Below are positions 31,031 to 52,750 of a DNA stretch of 64,000 nucleotides, piece by piece (position 1 is the stretch's first letter; each line of letters starts with the position of its first letter). The notes beneath the pieces are model-generated. The model was not told the origin of the DNA, ran no database searches, and saw nothing but the letters and a program-made list of their open reading frames with translations. The position numbers and the translations under genes were made by a program. Source of the DNA: the human T2T-CHM13v2.0 reference genome, Homo sapiens; assembly GCF_009914755.1 (NCBI RefSeq), contig NC_060925.1; one strand, 5' to 3'.

Positions 31031-31772
31031 GGCCTCTGAGAATGCAGAAAAAGAGAAAAGGCTGGGTATGATTGTCAGTCTCCAAAGTATTCCACAAGGC
31101 CTTGTCAAAGTTTACCAAATGATCAAAAGAAGATTTCTACATACTTCACAATTTTACTTCTGGCCAATTTTGGGAAAGAGAAGCAAGGATTTAATGAAAT
31201 ATATGAATACGGAAAATGACAGCTCCAAGTGACTACTTGGAAAGGAAATAGGAAAAGATAATGTGAGTTTGGAAATAATACCACAAGGTGATGGAAGGAG
31301 GGGAGAATAATACATGTGCTCTTTGGAGCCAAGCAAACCTGGGGGGAATGTTGTCCCTACCACATGCTAGCTCTGACGTTAAGCAAGTTACTTAACCTTC
31401 TCTCAGCCTGAGTTTCTTCTTCTAAAAGCAAGGTTAATAATGCTTGTCTCATGGGGTTGGAATGAGAATTAGAAATAATATATTAGTGCAAAACACTGCT
31501 TTTTCTCACCTTCCCTTCCCTCACTTCTAGGACATATCACCTGAGACATTTGTTGATTATATTTGGGAGCTCTTCATTAAGGTGTGTGCTAGAGTTTTTA
31601 AAAGGTATATCCCACATATAGATAAAGATGGTTTACTTTAAAAAAGTGAAAATAGAAACACAAATAGGGTCAGGCAAGAAGAGGGTGAAAAGCAGAACTC
31701 ATTGCTTGTGACTGTAAAGGATAATAGCAGAAAATATTAGAAACACTGTTTAAAGACAGTATTGATAACTAT

Positions 31773-31818
31773 AAGATTGGTGCAAAAGTAATTGTGCTTT
31801 TCACCATTAAAAGTAATG
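31773..31818. mobile_element. Half MADE1 (mariner MITE)
   Basis: attggtgcaaaagtaattgtgcttttcaccattaaaagtaatg matches the MADE1 left TIR and centre. Confidence 0.65.
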
Positions 31819-31821
31819 TAT

Positions 31822-32077
31822 CCAGCACTTTGGGAGGCCGAGGCAGGCGGATCACGAGGTCAGGAGATCGAGACCGTCTTGGCTAACACGGTGAAACCCC
31901 GTCTCTACTAAAAATACAAAAAATCAGCCGGGTGTGGTGGCAGGTGCCTGTAGTCCCAGCTACTCAGGAGGCTGAGGCAGGAGAATGGCATGAACCTGGG
32001 AGGCAGAGCTTGCAGTGAGCCTAGATCACGCCATTGTACTCCAGCCTGGGTGACAGAGCGAGAAAAAAAAAAAAAAA
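31822..32077 (+). mobile_element. 5'-truncated AluY
   Basis: AluY diagnostics; 3' terminal actccgtctc missing before the A-tail. Confidence 0.9.
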
Positions 32078-32243
32078 GAATGTATCATTCCAATGGACTG
32101 GTTTTTATTACATTTCACTTTTCTTATTTATCATGTGTCAGATATTGTGCTAGGAATTTTTAAAAATAAGTTCATACACGGTTCTCATAATGGCTCTCCA
32201 AGGAAGGTACCTTTATTCGCAACTATGTGATGAAGATACTGAG

Positions 32244-32660
32244 TGTTATGGATTGAATTTTGTCCCCCGAAAAGTGACATGTGAAAGTCCTAACCCTCAG
32301 TACCTGAGAATGTGGCCTTATTTGGAAATAGGGACATTGTAGATACAATAATTTGAGTTCATACTAGAATAGGGTGGGTTCCAAATGCAATGTGACTGGT
32401 GCCCTCATAAGAAGATGGTGAGACCCAGAACACCCTGTGAAGACAGAGCATTGGAGTGATGTATCAGCAAGCCAAGGAACACCTGGGCCTCTAGAAGTTA
32501 GGAGATGGAAGAGATCCTCCTACAGAGCCTTCAGGAGAGCATGACCCTACTGACACCAATTTTGGACTTCCAGCCTCCAGAACTGTAATGTAATACATTT
32601 CTGTTGTTTTAAGCCACCCGGTTTTTGGTGCTTTCTTATGTCAGCCCTAGGAAACTAACA
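32244..32660 (+). mobile_element. MaLR solo LTR (MLT1B/C-like) inserted in a MIR
   Basis: TG...CA termini; 5-bp TSD ctgag (32239-32243 and 32661-32665). Confidence 0.85.
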
Positions 32661-32773
32661 CTGAGTCTTAAGGAATTCCTCACTTGTCCAGAATTGCCCA
32701 GCTAGTTTGGGATAGAGCCAATATGCCAATATTCAAACCCAGGGCTGCTTGGCCCCCAAATCCATGGTCTTTT

Positions 32774-33073
32774 TTTTTTTTTTTTTTTTTTTGAGACGGA
32801 GTCTCAGACTGTCGCCTGGGCTGGAGTGAAATGACGTGATCTCAGCTCACTGCAACCTCCGCCTCCCGGGTTCAAGCGATTCTCCTGCCTCAGCCTCCTG
32901 AGTAGCTGGGATTACAGGCACACACCACCACATCTGGCTAATGTTTTGTATTTTTAGTAGAGATGGGGTTTCACTATGTTGGCCAGACTGGTCTCGAACT
33001 CCTTACCTCATGATCCACCCGCCTCAGCCTCCCAAAGTGCTGGGATTACAGGCGTGAGCCACCGCGCCTGGCC
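32774..33073 (-). mobile_element. AluS
   Basis: TSD tccatggtctttt. Confidence 0.92.
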
Positions 33074-33234
33074 TCCATGGTCTTTTGATAATGCTGGGGT
33101 GAGTCAATCTTTGATTCTATTTTACTGTGATAACATGATGTAGGATCAAATATTGACTCATATCAGAAAAGTGATTCCTTATCTTCTAGTCTTTTTAATA
33201 TTCTGTGAATAGTATATATTTTTGTTAGAAAAAT

Positions 33235-34014
33235 TACTGTACGCTACTATAGACTTCATAAACACTGTACACTTAGGTTTCACTATATTTATGAAAAAAT
33301 ATTTTTCTTTCATCAGTAACCTTAGCTTACCATAATGTTTTTACTTTATAAACTTGAAAAAAATGACTCTTTTATAATAAGTTTAAAACATAAATACATT
33401 GTACAGATACACAAAACTTTTTTTCTTTATATCCTTATTCTATAAGCTTTTTATATCTTAACTTTTTAATTTTTAAACTTTTTTGTTAAAAACAGACACA
33501 AACACACACATTAGCCTAGGCTTACAGAGAGTCAGGATCATCAGTGTCACTGTCTTCCACCTCCACATCTTGTCCCATTGGAAGGTCTTCAGGGGCAATA
33601 ACACACCCGGAGCTGTCATCTCCTATGATGACAATGCTCTTATGGAATACCTCCTGAAAGGCCTGCCTGAGGCTGACAGTTAACTTTTCTTATAAGTAGA
33701 AGGAATGCACTCTAAAATAATGATAAAAAGTATAATACAGTAAATATATGAACCAGTAACAGTCGTTTATTATCATTTTGAAGTATTATGTATTGCACAT
33801 AATCATGTGTGCTACCTTTTTATATGACTGGCAGCATGGTAGGTTTGTTTACACCAGCATCACAACAAACATGTGAGTAATACATTGCGGTACAGTGTTA
33901 CAATGGCTTTGTCGCTAGGTGATAAGAATTTTTCAGCTCCATTATAATCTTATGGGACTAATGTCATATATGTAGTCCATCGATGATCAAAATGTCATTA
34001 TGGGGCACATGACT
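33235..34014. mobile_element. Tigger3 (MER7-like) DNA transposon fragment
   Basis: Characteristic Tigger3 sequence ending ...cattatggggcacatgact. Confidence 0.7.
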
Positions 34015-34949
34015 ATAAATGTACCTCTTGAGGACTGGCCTTTCTGACAGCTTTTTTTTTTAGTTTTGAGGATCAAACCCTTGGGGCCATTGATTCATTG
34101 GATCATTCAGCAAATGATCAAATGGGTAATTTGCGGTACAATCTAAGCAAAGGAAAACCTGAAGATGTCCATTTCTTCAAGGAACCTCTAATCTGGAACA
34201 GCAATAAATTCTCTACGCAAAAGAGAAACACTCAAGGCAGTAAGGTAACAGCTCTGAAAGTGCTAAAAATATGGAGGGGAGCGAGCGATAACTTGTATGG
34301 TCACCATTGACCTTGCTGATGCAGAAATAAATCATCTTTACTCTTCATTCTCTTGAATTCTCACCTACCCTGCCACCTCATCCAAAATTTGTTAATTCTA
34401 TGTGCAAAACATCTTTCAAATCCACCCCTCTCTCTTCATCCTCACTGCCCCCATCCTAGTCCACATCAATGCCAGTCTTCTGATTTTCCTGTCCCTAGTC
34501 TGATCTTCTCCCAATGCACTCTGCAGAGTGACCTTTATGAAATGTAGATCTGATTATGCCACGTTCCCACTTTAAAAGCCTCTAGAGGTGTGAACCTGTA
34601 GAGTCTTCTAGAATCTGACTTCCATTCTCTGTCCAGCTTTATTTCTTGCTGGACTACTCTATGCTCCAGCCATATTGGTCAAAAATTGTTTTAGTTTCTG
34701 GAACCTATGGTGATCCTCTCACCGAGGCCTGCTATTTTCTCTTACTGGAACTCTGTCCCCTCCCCTGGGCACCCTCCCGCCTCTGGCCTAGCGAATTCCT
34801 TCCATCTTCCGGTCTCAGTTCCTCCAAGAAACCTTCTCACCTAACCCGTCCGGTCAGGGTACTTTCCTTACCTAACACCCACTCCCTCGTTTACTTCTCT
34901 TTGGCTGGACTGAAGTTGGGCAGGGCAGGGGCTAGTCTGCCTTCTTCTG

Positions 34950-35700
34950 GGCCCAACCCTCCCGGCCGGCACCACAGGCATTACAGGTACTCTGTGCACT
35001 CAGGCTGCGCAGACCCGCAGCTTCCTATCCTGTAGCTCACTTTCCTCTGAGGCGGGCTGGAGGCGGAGCTTGTCCGCTGGGGGTGGGGCTCAAAGCTGGG
35101 GCGGGGATACGGAGCAAAACTTAAGAGGAAGATGAGAAGCCTGGTTGGCCAGGAGGCTTATCTGTCAGGACAGGGGGCGGGGCCTGGGGGGCCGTACCTT
35201 TGCTTACCGCGAGTGGGCGGGGCAGGTTTTACCGCCGCGGCCCATCAGCGAAGATCGCTGAGCGGCGCCCGCCTTGCGGGCCTCCAGGACCCGGCCGCCG
35301 CCATCCGGTGGGAAGCCGGGTGGCCTGCGGGTGAGGGGGGCGAGGCGGACGGAGGGCACCACACCCCCCGGGGGGCGGGGCGGGCGGAGAGCACCCTACA
35401 TCCGGGAGCCGGGGCGGCGCCTGGAGAGCGGAGCAGGCAGCGCTTTCTGCCCGCTGAGTGGGTCAGGCGCCGCCCCCTTGTGGTCTCGGCCTGCGGGCAG
35501 CCCTTTGGAGCGCGCGGGAACCGGACGCCCGCCCGAGGAGAGAGGATCCAGGAGACCACTCCGGGCGGGATCCGCGGAGCCTGGGGCCGGGCGGTTGGCC
35601 CACATTATAAGAGGGCCTGCGTTGCTTCTACCTCAAAGGCTTTAGGGTGTTTGTTAATTCCCCGCCCCCCAACCTGATGATGCTCCAGGTATTTACAGGC
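34950..35700. promoter_or_regulatory. Orphan CpG island / promoter-like element
   Basis: Non-repeat, CpG-dense, several GGGCGG GC boxes (about 35098, 35175, 35216, 35374), TTATAA at 35605-35610, splice-donor-like motifs on both strands. Confidence 0.8.
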
Positions 35701-37299
35701 AGGTGCCCCATAGGCTGTTTACTGGGAAGCAGAATTGGTGGACTCCGTTCGGGGATATGAGGAAAGATCCATAAGCAGAGAGAATAAAGCCTTTGCACTT
35801 ACATTTTACTTCTCTTATCCCTCACCTCTACCACCTTTCCCCTTGACCCCCAATGGGCTGCAGGTCACATCATCTTGTCCTTGATATATTCAGAAAATAG
35901 AAGCCCCTCAAACAACTTAGAAGCAGTCCCCGCACGTCACCAAATAATAGACCACAGCTGGCATGTGAATGCTACCAGTTAGAGATGTGTAGTAGTTTGT
36001 AATTTCCTCATGAATAGTTCAAACTAGAGATTTCTAAATTATTACTAAATTTTAGTATTAATCTAAATATTGTTAATAGATTTTTGTATTATTACTAAAT
36101 GCATAATCTTTGGAGCAGAAGTTGTGGGAAAAGAAGATTTGGACAAATACCTGACAAGTTACCCGGTATTTTACTTTCTTTGAAGCAATTAAAGAGGTCT
36201 GTGTCTTGTCTTGAATAATTAATTTACTTAGGTTGCTGTTTAAAATGCTTTTAAATTTTCAAAACACATCTGTGAGGAGAGGTCTCCACATCTTCAGTTG
36301 AAAACTGGAAGAAGCAAAAGGAATAGAGTGTTTATCTTTGAAAAAAGCACACCTAACTAAAATAATAATAAAAAATATGCAGGTGGATAGAAACTCAACA
36401 GCTTTCTTCATAGGGTTTGAAACCATAACTGAAGGAAAGGCTATCTGCCATCTCCACTTTGTCTGCTTCTTCAGTCATCTCTCATTATTCAACTTACCTT
36501 CTAGTCAGGTCAAATTACAGTTTCTCCAGACTCATATTGCTTTCATATATCTCTTTGTCTTTGTACATAATACTCCTTTACCTTCCTAATGCTTATTTTA
36601 CCTTCGAAATTCAGCCAATGTATCAACTCTCCTAGAAAGTTCCATTATCTTTCCTCCAAGTACAGGTCTTTCCACTGTACTACCATCGAGTTCTGGGATG
36701 CTTCTCCTTGGTGGCATTTTTTATACCGTGATATAATTCTCTCTTTACTTATTCCTGTATCAAGTTGTTAGGGCAATGCCTTTATCTCAATATTCTGTAA
36801 ATGTAGCATGGACGGATTGATGATGGACAGACAGGTGGGCGAGGGAATAGCTACAAGGATGGACATATACGTGGGAGAAAAGGGACGGACAAATGTATAA
36901 ATAGATGTTTTAAGGTTGGGTAGGTGAGTGGATGGAACTAAAGCTTGGAGAGTAAATCTTGATGAAGACTTGTTGGGAAACAAGAAGATCTTGATATGAT
37001 GAACTCAAGGAGGTTGATGGAAAGGGGTGGGGGATAGTTGAGGATCGGTCATTGAAACCATTATTTCTTTTGGAAAAATATTGAGAAAACATGTACTAAA
37101 GTTAATAAATGCTACTTTGTGAGGAAAAGATGATATTAGTTTGATATTCTTAGTATTTAAAGTGTAAAGGACTAACATTTCCCTCTCCTATTTAGTCTCC
37201 ATTTCTTTCTTAATCTCTAGTGTAAGCATTATTTAAAAGTTATTTGTTATAGTAAATATCTGGACATTCTCATCAGTGTGGTTATTCTTAAAAGTTGTC

Positions 37300-37614
<315 letters not shown>

Positions 37615-37712
37615 TTATTGTTGTTGCCTAAACTAATTGACTTCTGTGCTTTTGGTCCTTGAAAACACTGTTTTAATAGTTACACTTTTTTCTGTAATAA
37701 TACTTTACATGT

Positions 37713-38051
<339 letters not shown>

Positions 38052-38997
38052 TCAGTAAGCTTGCTTTGGGTTTATGAGATCCAATAAATATGGATTCATA
38101 TCAAACTGTTTGTCTCACCTTATTCATCAGTTGACACCTATCAAAGGCATATCCGGGCACTGTTCTGAACATGTGAGGACAAGAGATTCAAAATGCTAAA
38201 GGCTCACAATATCACAGCAAGATGCTATTGGGAATTAGAGAGACCAGCATGTTGCTAACAAGAAAACCTGTGTATGTGATTGCAGAATTCTACAGGTGGT
38301 CTTAAAGAAGTTTTCTCATGGGCCATATTCATATTCTGTGCTTTATTCAGCTTCATATTTTTTCTCTAGCAAGGTATCATCAAGAGTTTGCAGGAGGACA
38401 TTGTTACTCTTGCTGAAATTCTGTCAGCAGGACTAAGGTTACATATTATCATGCCCCTTCTGCTTCCAATAACAAATGACCTTAAAAATAGCATGGCCTG
38501 AGATCTATGCCAAGAAAATATCCACATTATATTTGTAATTCACACTGTTCTGAAGTTGAATTTGTGATTATTATATTGAGACTATATTAAAATACTTCCC
38601 TAGTTGTATTTATTATGCTCATGAGATTTGGTGATTTATTATTAAACCTCTTAGAGTTAATTATGTTTATTGCCCCAGTCTTTTCTGAAGGAAACTTGGG
38701 AATTGTCTTTCTTATCCCTAATTAGGAAATTACAAAATGCTCTTCTGAGCACATGGGAATTGTTTTCCCTTGCTCCATGAGACTGACCCACCAGGTTTAT
38801 TAAACAAAAACCTCTTTGATAACAGATCAAAATTTTAACTTTACTATTAAAATATATAAAGATATTCTATTAAATAGCAGATCAGCTTCACCCCTTCTAG
38901 TTCCTCATTTTACATTTTTGAGGGAAGAAGGGTTTTTTCCCTCTGGTTGAAAACATACTTTTTAAAAAAATAACAAAATTGCCAAGTTATAAATGTT

Positions 38998-39244
38998 GTA
39001 TTAGTTTGCTAGGGCTGTAATAATAAAGTACTATAAGCTGGATGACTTAATAAAAATTTCACCTCTCAGTTCTGGAGGCTAGAAGTCTGATATCAAGGTG
39101 TCTTAAAAGTTGGTTCCTTTTAAGGGCTGTGAGGGGGAGTCTGTTCCAGGCCTCTCCCCCTTGGCTTTGTTAATGGCCATCTTCTCCCTATGTCTCTCCA
39201 CGTTGTTATCCTTCTATTCATGTCTTTCTCTGTGCCCAAATTTA
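38998..39244 (-). mobile_element. MLT1 LTR fragment
   Basis: tgtattagtttgctagggctg...cagttctggaggctagaagtc. Confidence 0.7.
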
Positions 39245-39608
39245 TGCAATGGACTGAAAGTGTCCACCCTAAAATGCATATGTTGAAATCCTAATCCCGG
39301 TGGGATAATATTTGAAGGTGGGGCCTGTGGGAGGTGATCAGGTCATAAGGGTGGAGCCTCATGATTGAAATTAGTGCCTTTTATAAGAAGAGGTCCAAGA
39401 ACTGCTAGCTCTCCTTCTGCCGTGTCATGATCCAATTAGAAGTCAGCAGCAGTCTGCAACCTGGAAGAGGACCTTCACCAGACCCTGACTCTGCTGGTGC
39501 CCTGATCTTAAGACTTCCAAGCCTTCAGAATTGTGAGAAATAAATTTCTGTTGTTTATAAGCCATCCAGTTTATGGTACTTTGTTGGAACAGCCAAATGA
39601 ATAAGACA
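39245..39608 (+). mobile_element. MLT1A-like solo LTR
   Basis: TG...CA termini; 5-bp TSD attta (39240-39244 and 39609-39613). Confidence 0.85.
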
Positions 39609-40446
39609 ATTTATATGAATAGACTTATGGTTCTGTGACTTGGTTTTTTCACTCAACATTTTCTAAACCTGTACTTACAGCTTTGCTTCATTCATCTTAA
39701 CTGCTATTTAACATCCCATTATATTAATAAAACACAATTGATTTATGTATTCTTTTACTGATGAATATTTAAAATGTTTCCAAAGTTTTGCCATTACAAA
39801 TTATGCTGCAATTAATATTCTTACATATATTTATAATCTCCTCATGTATACTTAAATTTCTTAAGGGGGAGTGGTCTCCTGCTATGCTGATTGTGTTGCC
39901 TCATCAATAAAAAAGCTTAACTGCTTATCCTCAATATGTCTCTATTTATAAATTATATAAATGTCCTATTGTATTAACATGTAATACCCATTATCAAATG
40001 TAAATTTTTTCTTAAAAGATAAGTACAAAATTCTACTATTTTCTTCCCATATCCCATTTGAATTGCTAAGGTATAAGGTATAGATATATTGATGATTACT
40101 GATACTACTATCATATCATCATCATCATACTGTATTAATAGTATTATATCAATGTAATATTAAACATCATTATATTACTCTCCAAGAACTGTACCAATAA
40201 TTTGCATTCCTTTTATCAGAGTATGAAAATTTCCATTTCTCCACATCCTTACCAACACTTGATGTAAATATGTACTTTTAACATTTTATTTTGAAAAAAT
40301 TTCAAACTAGCAGAAAAGTTGTTAGAATAATACAATGACATCCTGTATAACCTCCACCTAGATTCACCAATTAATAACAGTTTGCTGCAGTTGCCTTTTT
40401 TTCCTCTTTGTCTATCTCCCTCTTTTCTTTCCTCCCTTCCCTCTGT

Positions 40447-46707
<6,261 letters not shown>

Positions 46708-48502
46708 CATTCTTCCCTTCATACATATTTATTTTTCACTTATACAATTTTTTAATCCATTTGAGAATAAATTGCAGACATCATGACCCTTCAGTCCTAA
46801 ATATTCACACATGTATTTCCCAAGAACAAAGGTATTCTCTTACATAACCATGATAAAATTATCAAATTCAAGAAACTTACATTGATGTAGAACTATAAAA
46901 CTCACCAGTTTTCCCAATTAAGTTATTTCTAGCAATTTTTTTTCTGACCCAGAACATACGATGTATTTAGCTGCCATGTTTCTTTAATCTCCTTTAATCT
47001 GGAACAGTTTTTTAGATTTTCTTTATTTTTCATGACATTGATGTATTTGAATTTTACAGGACAGTTATTTTGTTTCTTGTTCCTAAATTTGGGTTTGCTT
47101 AATGGTTTACACGTGATTTGATTGGGTTGTGCATTTTTGTCAGGAATATTATACAAGAGATGTTGCGTCCTCAGTGAATTGCGTAAGGAGGTTGTGAAAT
47201 TTGTGAAATGTTTGCCAATCTAATGGAAGTTAAATGGAGTTGCACTTTATTTTGGGTTTCCTTGTTTATTCCTGAGGTTGAGCATCTTTTCCCATGTTTA
47301 CTGGTAATTCATGTTTCTTCTAGATTTTTTTCCTAGTCTTTGCCAATGTTTTTGATATGTTTTCCTTATTGATTTGTCTGAGTTATTTATAGATTATGGA
47401 TAGTCCTCCTTTGACAAGTATATATGTCATAAATGTTCTTTCAATCTGTCACTTGTCTTTTATATTTAGTCATGTCACCCTTTGTTTTACAGAACTTTAA
47501 GTTTTTAATGTGGTCTAATTCCAGCCTATTTTCCTTTATACTTCCTTTTAATGTCTTGTTAAAGAAAATCATCTCCTATGCTATAAAGGTATGTAAGTTT
47601 ACTTCTTAGAGTTTTAACATTTTGTTATTTACACTTGGATATTTAATCTTTTATGGCATGAGGAGGAAATCGAATTTTATTTCTTTCTGTATGTATATCT
47701 TGTTGTTCCAACACCATTATTGAATAACTTGATCTTTCTCCACTGATTTGTAATGCCCGCTCTATCATATACCAAGAGCCTATATGTATGCTTGGGTCTC
47801 TTTCTGGATTTTCTAGTCTGTTTTTATGAAAATATTTGTCTAATGTTTTGTCAATATAAAACTGACTCAATGACTCTAAAATGACTTGCCGTGGCATACA
47901 TCTTACTAACTGGTCAGGCTACCCCTCCATGTTTCTTTTTTATTTTTTCCCTCTCAGAATTATTTTGGCCATTTATGGGACTTCAACCCTTCCATGAATC
48001 TGAGAACCATTTTATTCAAGGTCCTTAAAACATATGCATTGGAGTTTTTGTTGGGAATGTGTTGACTTTAAGTTCCAGATAATTTAATCTTTATAGTGCT
48101 GAGTCCCTCCATCTATGAGCATAAAGTTGATCTATCTTGTATTTTATAAGATTCTATTTTATGTTCCTCAATATCATTTTATAATTTTGTCCATAAGAGT
48201 TCTGTTAATCTTTTATTGGATTTTATTCCCAACGATCACAGAGATTTTACTGTTAATGTGAATATTACTTTAATTACATTTTAAAAATTGATTATTGCTT
48301 GTACAGAAATCTATTAATTTTTATAGGGTAATCTTGTGTTTAGTTCTAATGAATTATCTGTAAATTTTCTTAGACTGTTTTTGTAGGCAGTTATTTTATC
48401 TACAAATACAGTTTTCTCTCTTCCTTTTAAATTTTTATACTTCTCTGTCCTTATAGCATCAGGTAGGCCTTCAGATACAATGTTGAACAGTAATTTTCAT
48501 AA

Positions 48503-48889
<387 letters not shown>

Positions 48890-48899
48890 TAGTTAGCTA

Positions 48900-49420
48900 T
48901 GATAGACATTTTTGGTACCCAGCATCACATCCCCTCTGTCCACCTCTAATTATAGCCGCAGCTATAGCAGACATTGGTGGCTTATGCTAACAGCATCTCA
49001 CCTCAAGCATATGCCACGTGTCTTTCTCTTTTGCCCAATGACTTCTCTGCAATAGCAGGCCTTCTCAGAAACCACAGGAGCCCACTCAGTCCTAGTGTGG
49101 GTACAACCTGGGAGTCCTGGGCTGGGGGTGTTAATGTTGCCTGTGGGCATCTGTCAATCTTTGGTGGATGGGAGCTTATGAATAGATGCCTCAGCCTCTA
49201 GTCTTATTTTTCTCTGATGGACAATTCTTTGTATACTCCTAGAAGTCTCAGTGGTATTGAGACCTTCTTGCTTAGAGCAGCAATCTTGATAACACACACC
49301 CTTATATTGGCTTGCCTTCCTTGCTTGTTTCATCCTCCTTGTGGCCTCACTCCTACTTCCTGGAATCATCTCCCAAAAAGAGTACTTAGTACTTTGGTCT
49401 CTGTCTTAACCTCTGTTGTC
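48900..49420 (+). mobile_element. LTR16-like ERVL solo LTR
   Basis: LTR16-type motifs; boundaries approximate. Confidence 0.5.
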
Positions 49421-49984
49421 AAGAAAATCTAAAGAGGTGTCTTTTAATTTCATAGTTTCCAAGAGTTTTTATTATGAATTTCTAGTGAGTTTTATTGAAT
49501 ACTTTTTCTATCATGTCTGTTACGATTATCCTGTTTCTTTGATTTTAATCAGTTAATGTGGTTAATTACTTCAGTAGAATTTCTTTATATTGCAACATCT
49601 TTTTATTCCTGGGATAAATCTTCCTTAGTCATATATTTTTTTGTTTCATTGTTATTTGGTTTTGAGGATTTATTTTTCCCTATTGGATTTTATTTGCTAA
49701 CATTTATTTAGGATTTTTATATTTGTATTTACACGTGAGATGCAGTCATAATTTTCTTCCCTTATATCTTCCTAATCCAGTCTTATGTAAAAGTTGCCCT
49801 CTCTCATTTTATTTTCTAGGATAGTCTGTATTAGAAAATGATTATCTATTCCTTGAAGAATAGATAGATAGATAGAATTTACTTGTAAAACCATGTAAGC
49901 CTAAGTTATTTGGAGGTTGAGGGAAAGGGAATAAAATTTTAAATAATAGATTAATAATTTTTAGTGCTTATTGATTTGACATTT

Positions 49985-50609
<625 letters not shown>

Positions 50610-51623
50610 TATTGGGGGAACCTGCCCCCAATATTTCAACGTAGGTTCTATTTTCCATAAGTGTTGGCCAACTGAGAAATAAAGAGAAAGAGTAAAAAGA
50701 GAGGAATTTTACAGCTGGGCCACCGGGGGTGACATCACATATCGGTAGGACCGTGATGCCCGCCGGAGTCTCAGACCAGCAAGACTTTATTAAGGGTTTC
50801 AAAAGGGGAGGGGGTGTAAAACAGGGAGTAGGTACAAAGATCACATACTTCAAAGGGCAAAAAGCGTAACAAAGATCACATGCTTTTGAGGGAACAGGAC
50901 AAAAGACAAAACAGAACTACTGATAAGGGTTTATGTTCAGCTGTGCACATACTGTCTTGATAAACATCTTAAACAACAGAAAACAGGGTTTGAGAGCAGA
51001 AAACCGGTCTGACCACAAATTTACCAGGGCGGAGTTTTTCCCCACCCTAATAAGCCTGAGGGTACTGCAGGAGACCAGGGCGTATTTCAGTCCTTATCTC
51101 AACCAAATAAGACAGGCACTCCCAGAGCGGCCGTTTATAGTCCTCCCCCCAGGAATGCATTCCTTTCCCAGGGTATTAATATTAATATTCCTTGCTAGGA
51201 AAAGAATTTGGTGATATCTTTCCTACTTGCACGTCCGTTTATAGGCTCTCTGCACGAAGAAAAATATGGCTCTTCTTGCCTGACCCCGCAGGCAGTCAGA
51301 CCTTATGGTTGTCTTCCCTTGTTCCCTAAAAATCGCTATTATTCTGTTCTTTTTCAAGGTGCACTGATTTCATATTGTTCAAACACACGTTTTACAATCA
51401 ATTTTTACAGTTAACGCAATTATCACAGTGGTCCTGAGGTGACGTACATCCTCAGCTTACGAAGATAACAGGATTAAGAGATTAAAGACAGGCATAAGAA
51501 ATTACAAAAGTGTTATCTGGGAACTGATAAATGTCCATATTAAAATGAAATCTTCACAATTTATGTTCCTCTGCTGTGGCTCCAGCCAGTCCCTCCGTTT
51601 GGGGTCCCTGACTTCCCACAACA
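50610..51623 (-). mobile_element. Solo MER11 (MER11C-like; HERV-K11/HML-8) LTR
   Basis: Minus strand starts tgttgtgggaagtcagggacccc; about 1 kb; 6-bp TSD cccagc (50604-50609 and 51624-51629). Confidence 0.9.
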
Positions 51624-51769
51624 CCCAGCCTGATTTGAACTTCTATATTCCCAGGGCTATTTCGATGATTTATATTATTCCAGAAACTTTTCCATTTCAT
51701 TGAAGTTTTTAAATTTACAGGCACTAGGTGGTTTAGTTTATTCAAATATTATTTATTCTGTTCTAGTTC

Positions 51770-52169
51770 TTTTTTTTTTAAAGATGGATCTCACTGTCAC
51801 CAGGCTGGAGTGCAGCGGTGCAATGATGGCTCACTGTGGCCTCGACCTCCTGGGCTCAAGTGATCCTCCTGTCTCATCCTCCTGAGTAGCTGGGACTAAA
51901 GGTGTACACCACTACACTCAGCTAATTTTTTATATTTTATTTTTTGTAGAGATGGGTCTCAATGTGTTGCTTAAGCTGGTCGCAAACTCTTGGCATCAAG
52001 TGATCCTCCTGCAGCCTTGACCTCTCAGGCTCAAAAATCCTCCTAGCCTTAGGCTCAAGTGATCCTTCTAGCCTCAGGCTACCTCGGAGGCAGGAGGATC
52101 ACTTAGGCCAAGAGTTTGAGACCAGCCTGAAACTGCTGGGATTATAGGCATGAACCACCATGCTTAGCC
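51770..52169 (-). mobile_element. AluJ with a complex internal rearrangement
   Basis: AluJ halves separated by about 120 bp of duplicated and inverted Alu pieces. Confidence 0.8.
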
Positions 52170-52750
52170 TCCCTTTTCATTTCTAATATTTTGGTGCCTT
52201 TCTCCCTTTTCCCTTTAACAGTCCTGCTAGTGCTTTCTCTTTTTGATTAGTGTCTACAAAGAACCAACTTTTCATTGTAATCCCTTTCTCTCCTGCTTGT
52301 CTTCTAGATTACTAATTTCTTCTTATTGTGACCACATCCTGGTTCAGAGGATGTATCTTCTTCTAACTGCTATTCCAGCTATGCAGCTTTGTATAAGCAT
52401 CTCACAGGTTGTGAGCACAACTTTTTCTACCTAAGTTTCATTTTTATTTTATTTATACTTTGGGAACTGTACTCTCAGCCACTTCTGCCAATTCTCAGAC
52501 ACAGAACCCAACAAGCCTACATCTTTAGTCTCAACTACTGCATTGTATTTCTATTTAGTTATAGTCCGTAAGGGTTTTAATCTTAATTTTAAGAACAGCT
52601 ATATTTTAAGTATTTTCTCTTGTTATATCTTATCTACAATTGCATTGCTATGTATTTTAGGAGTGGTGGTTAAAGTGTAAACTTCCAACACCATCTTGAC
52701 TGAAGGTCAAGCAACTACTGTTCTACTTCTTTTTAGAATTAGAAACTATT

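Noticed and set aside
35132-35677. 181-aa and 123-aa ORFs in the CpG island
   Set aside because: Gly/Ala/Arg/Pro-rich, as expected from stop-codon scarcity in GC-rich DNA; no recognisable domain
36805-36935. Purine-rich tgga/gga-like stretch
   Set aside because: Degenerate simple repeat at an L2 tail; ordinary
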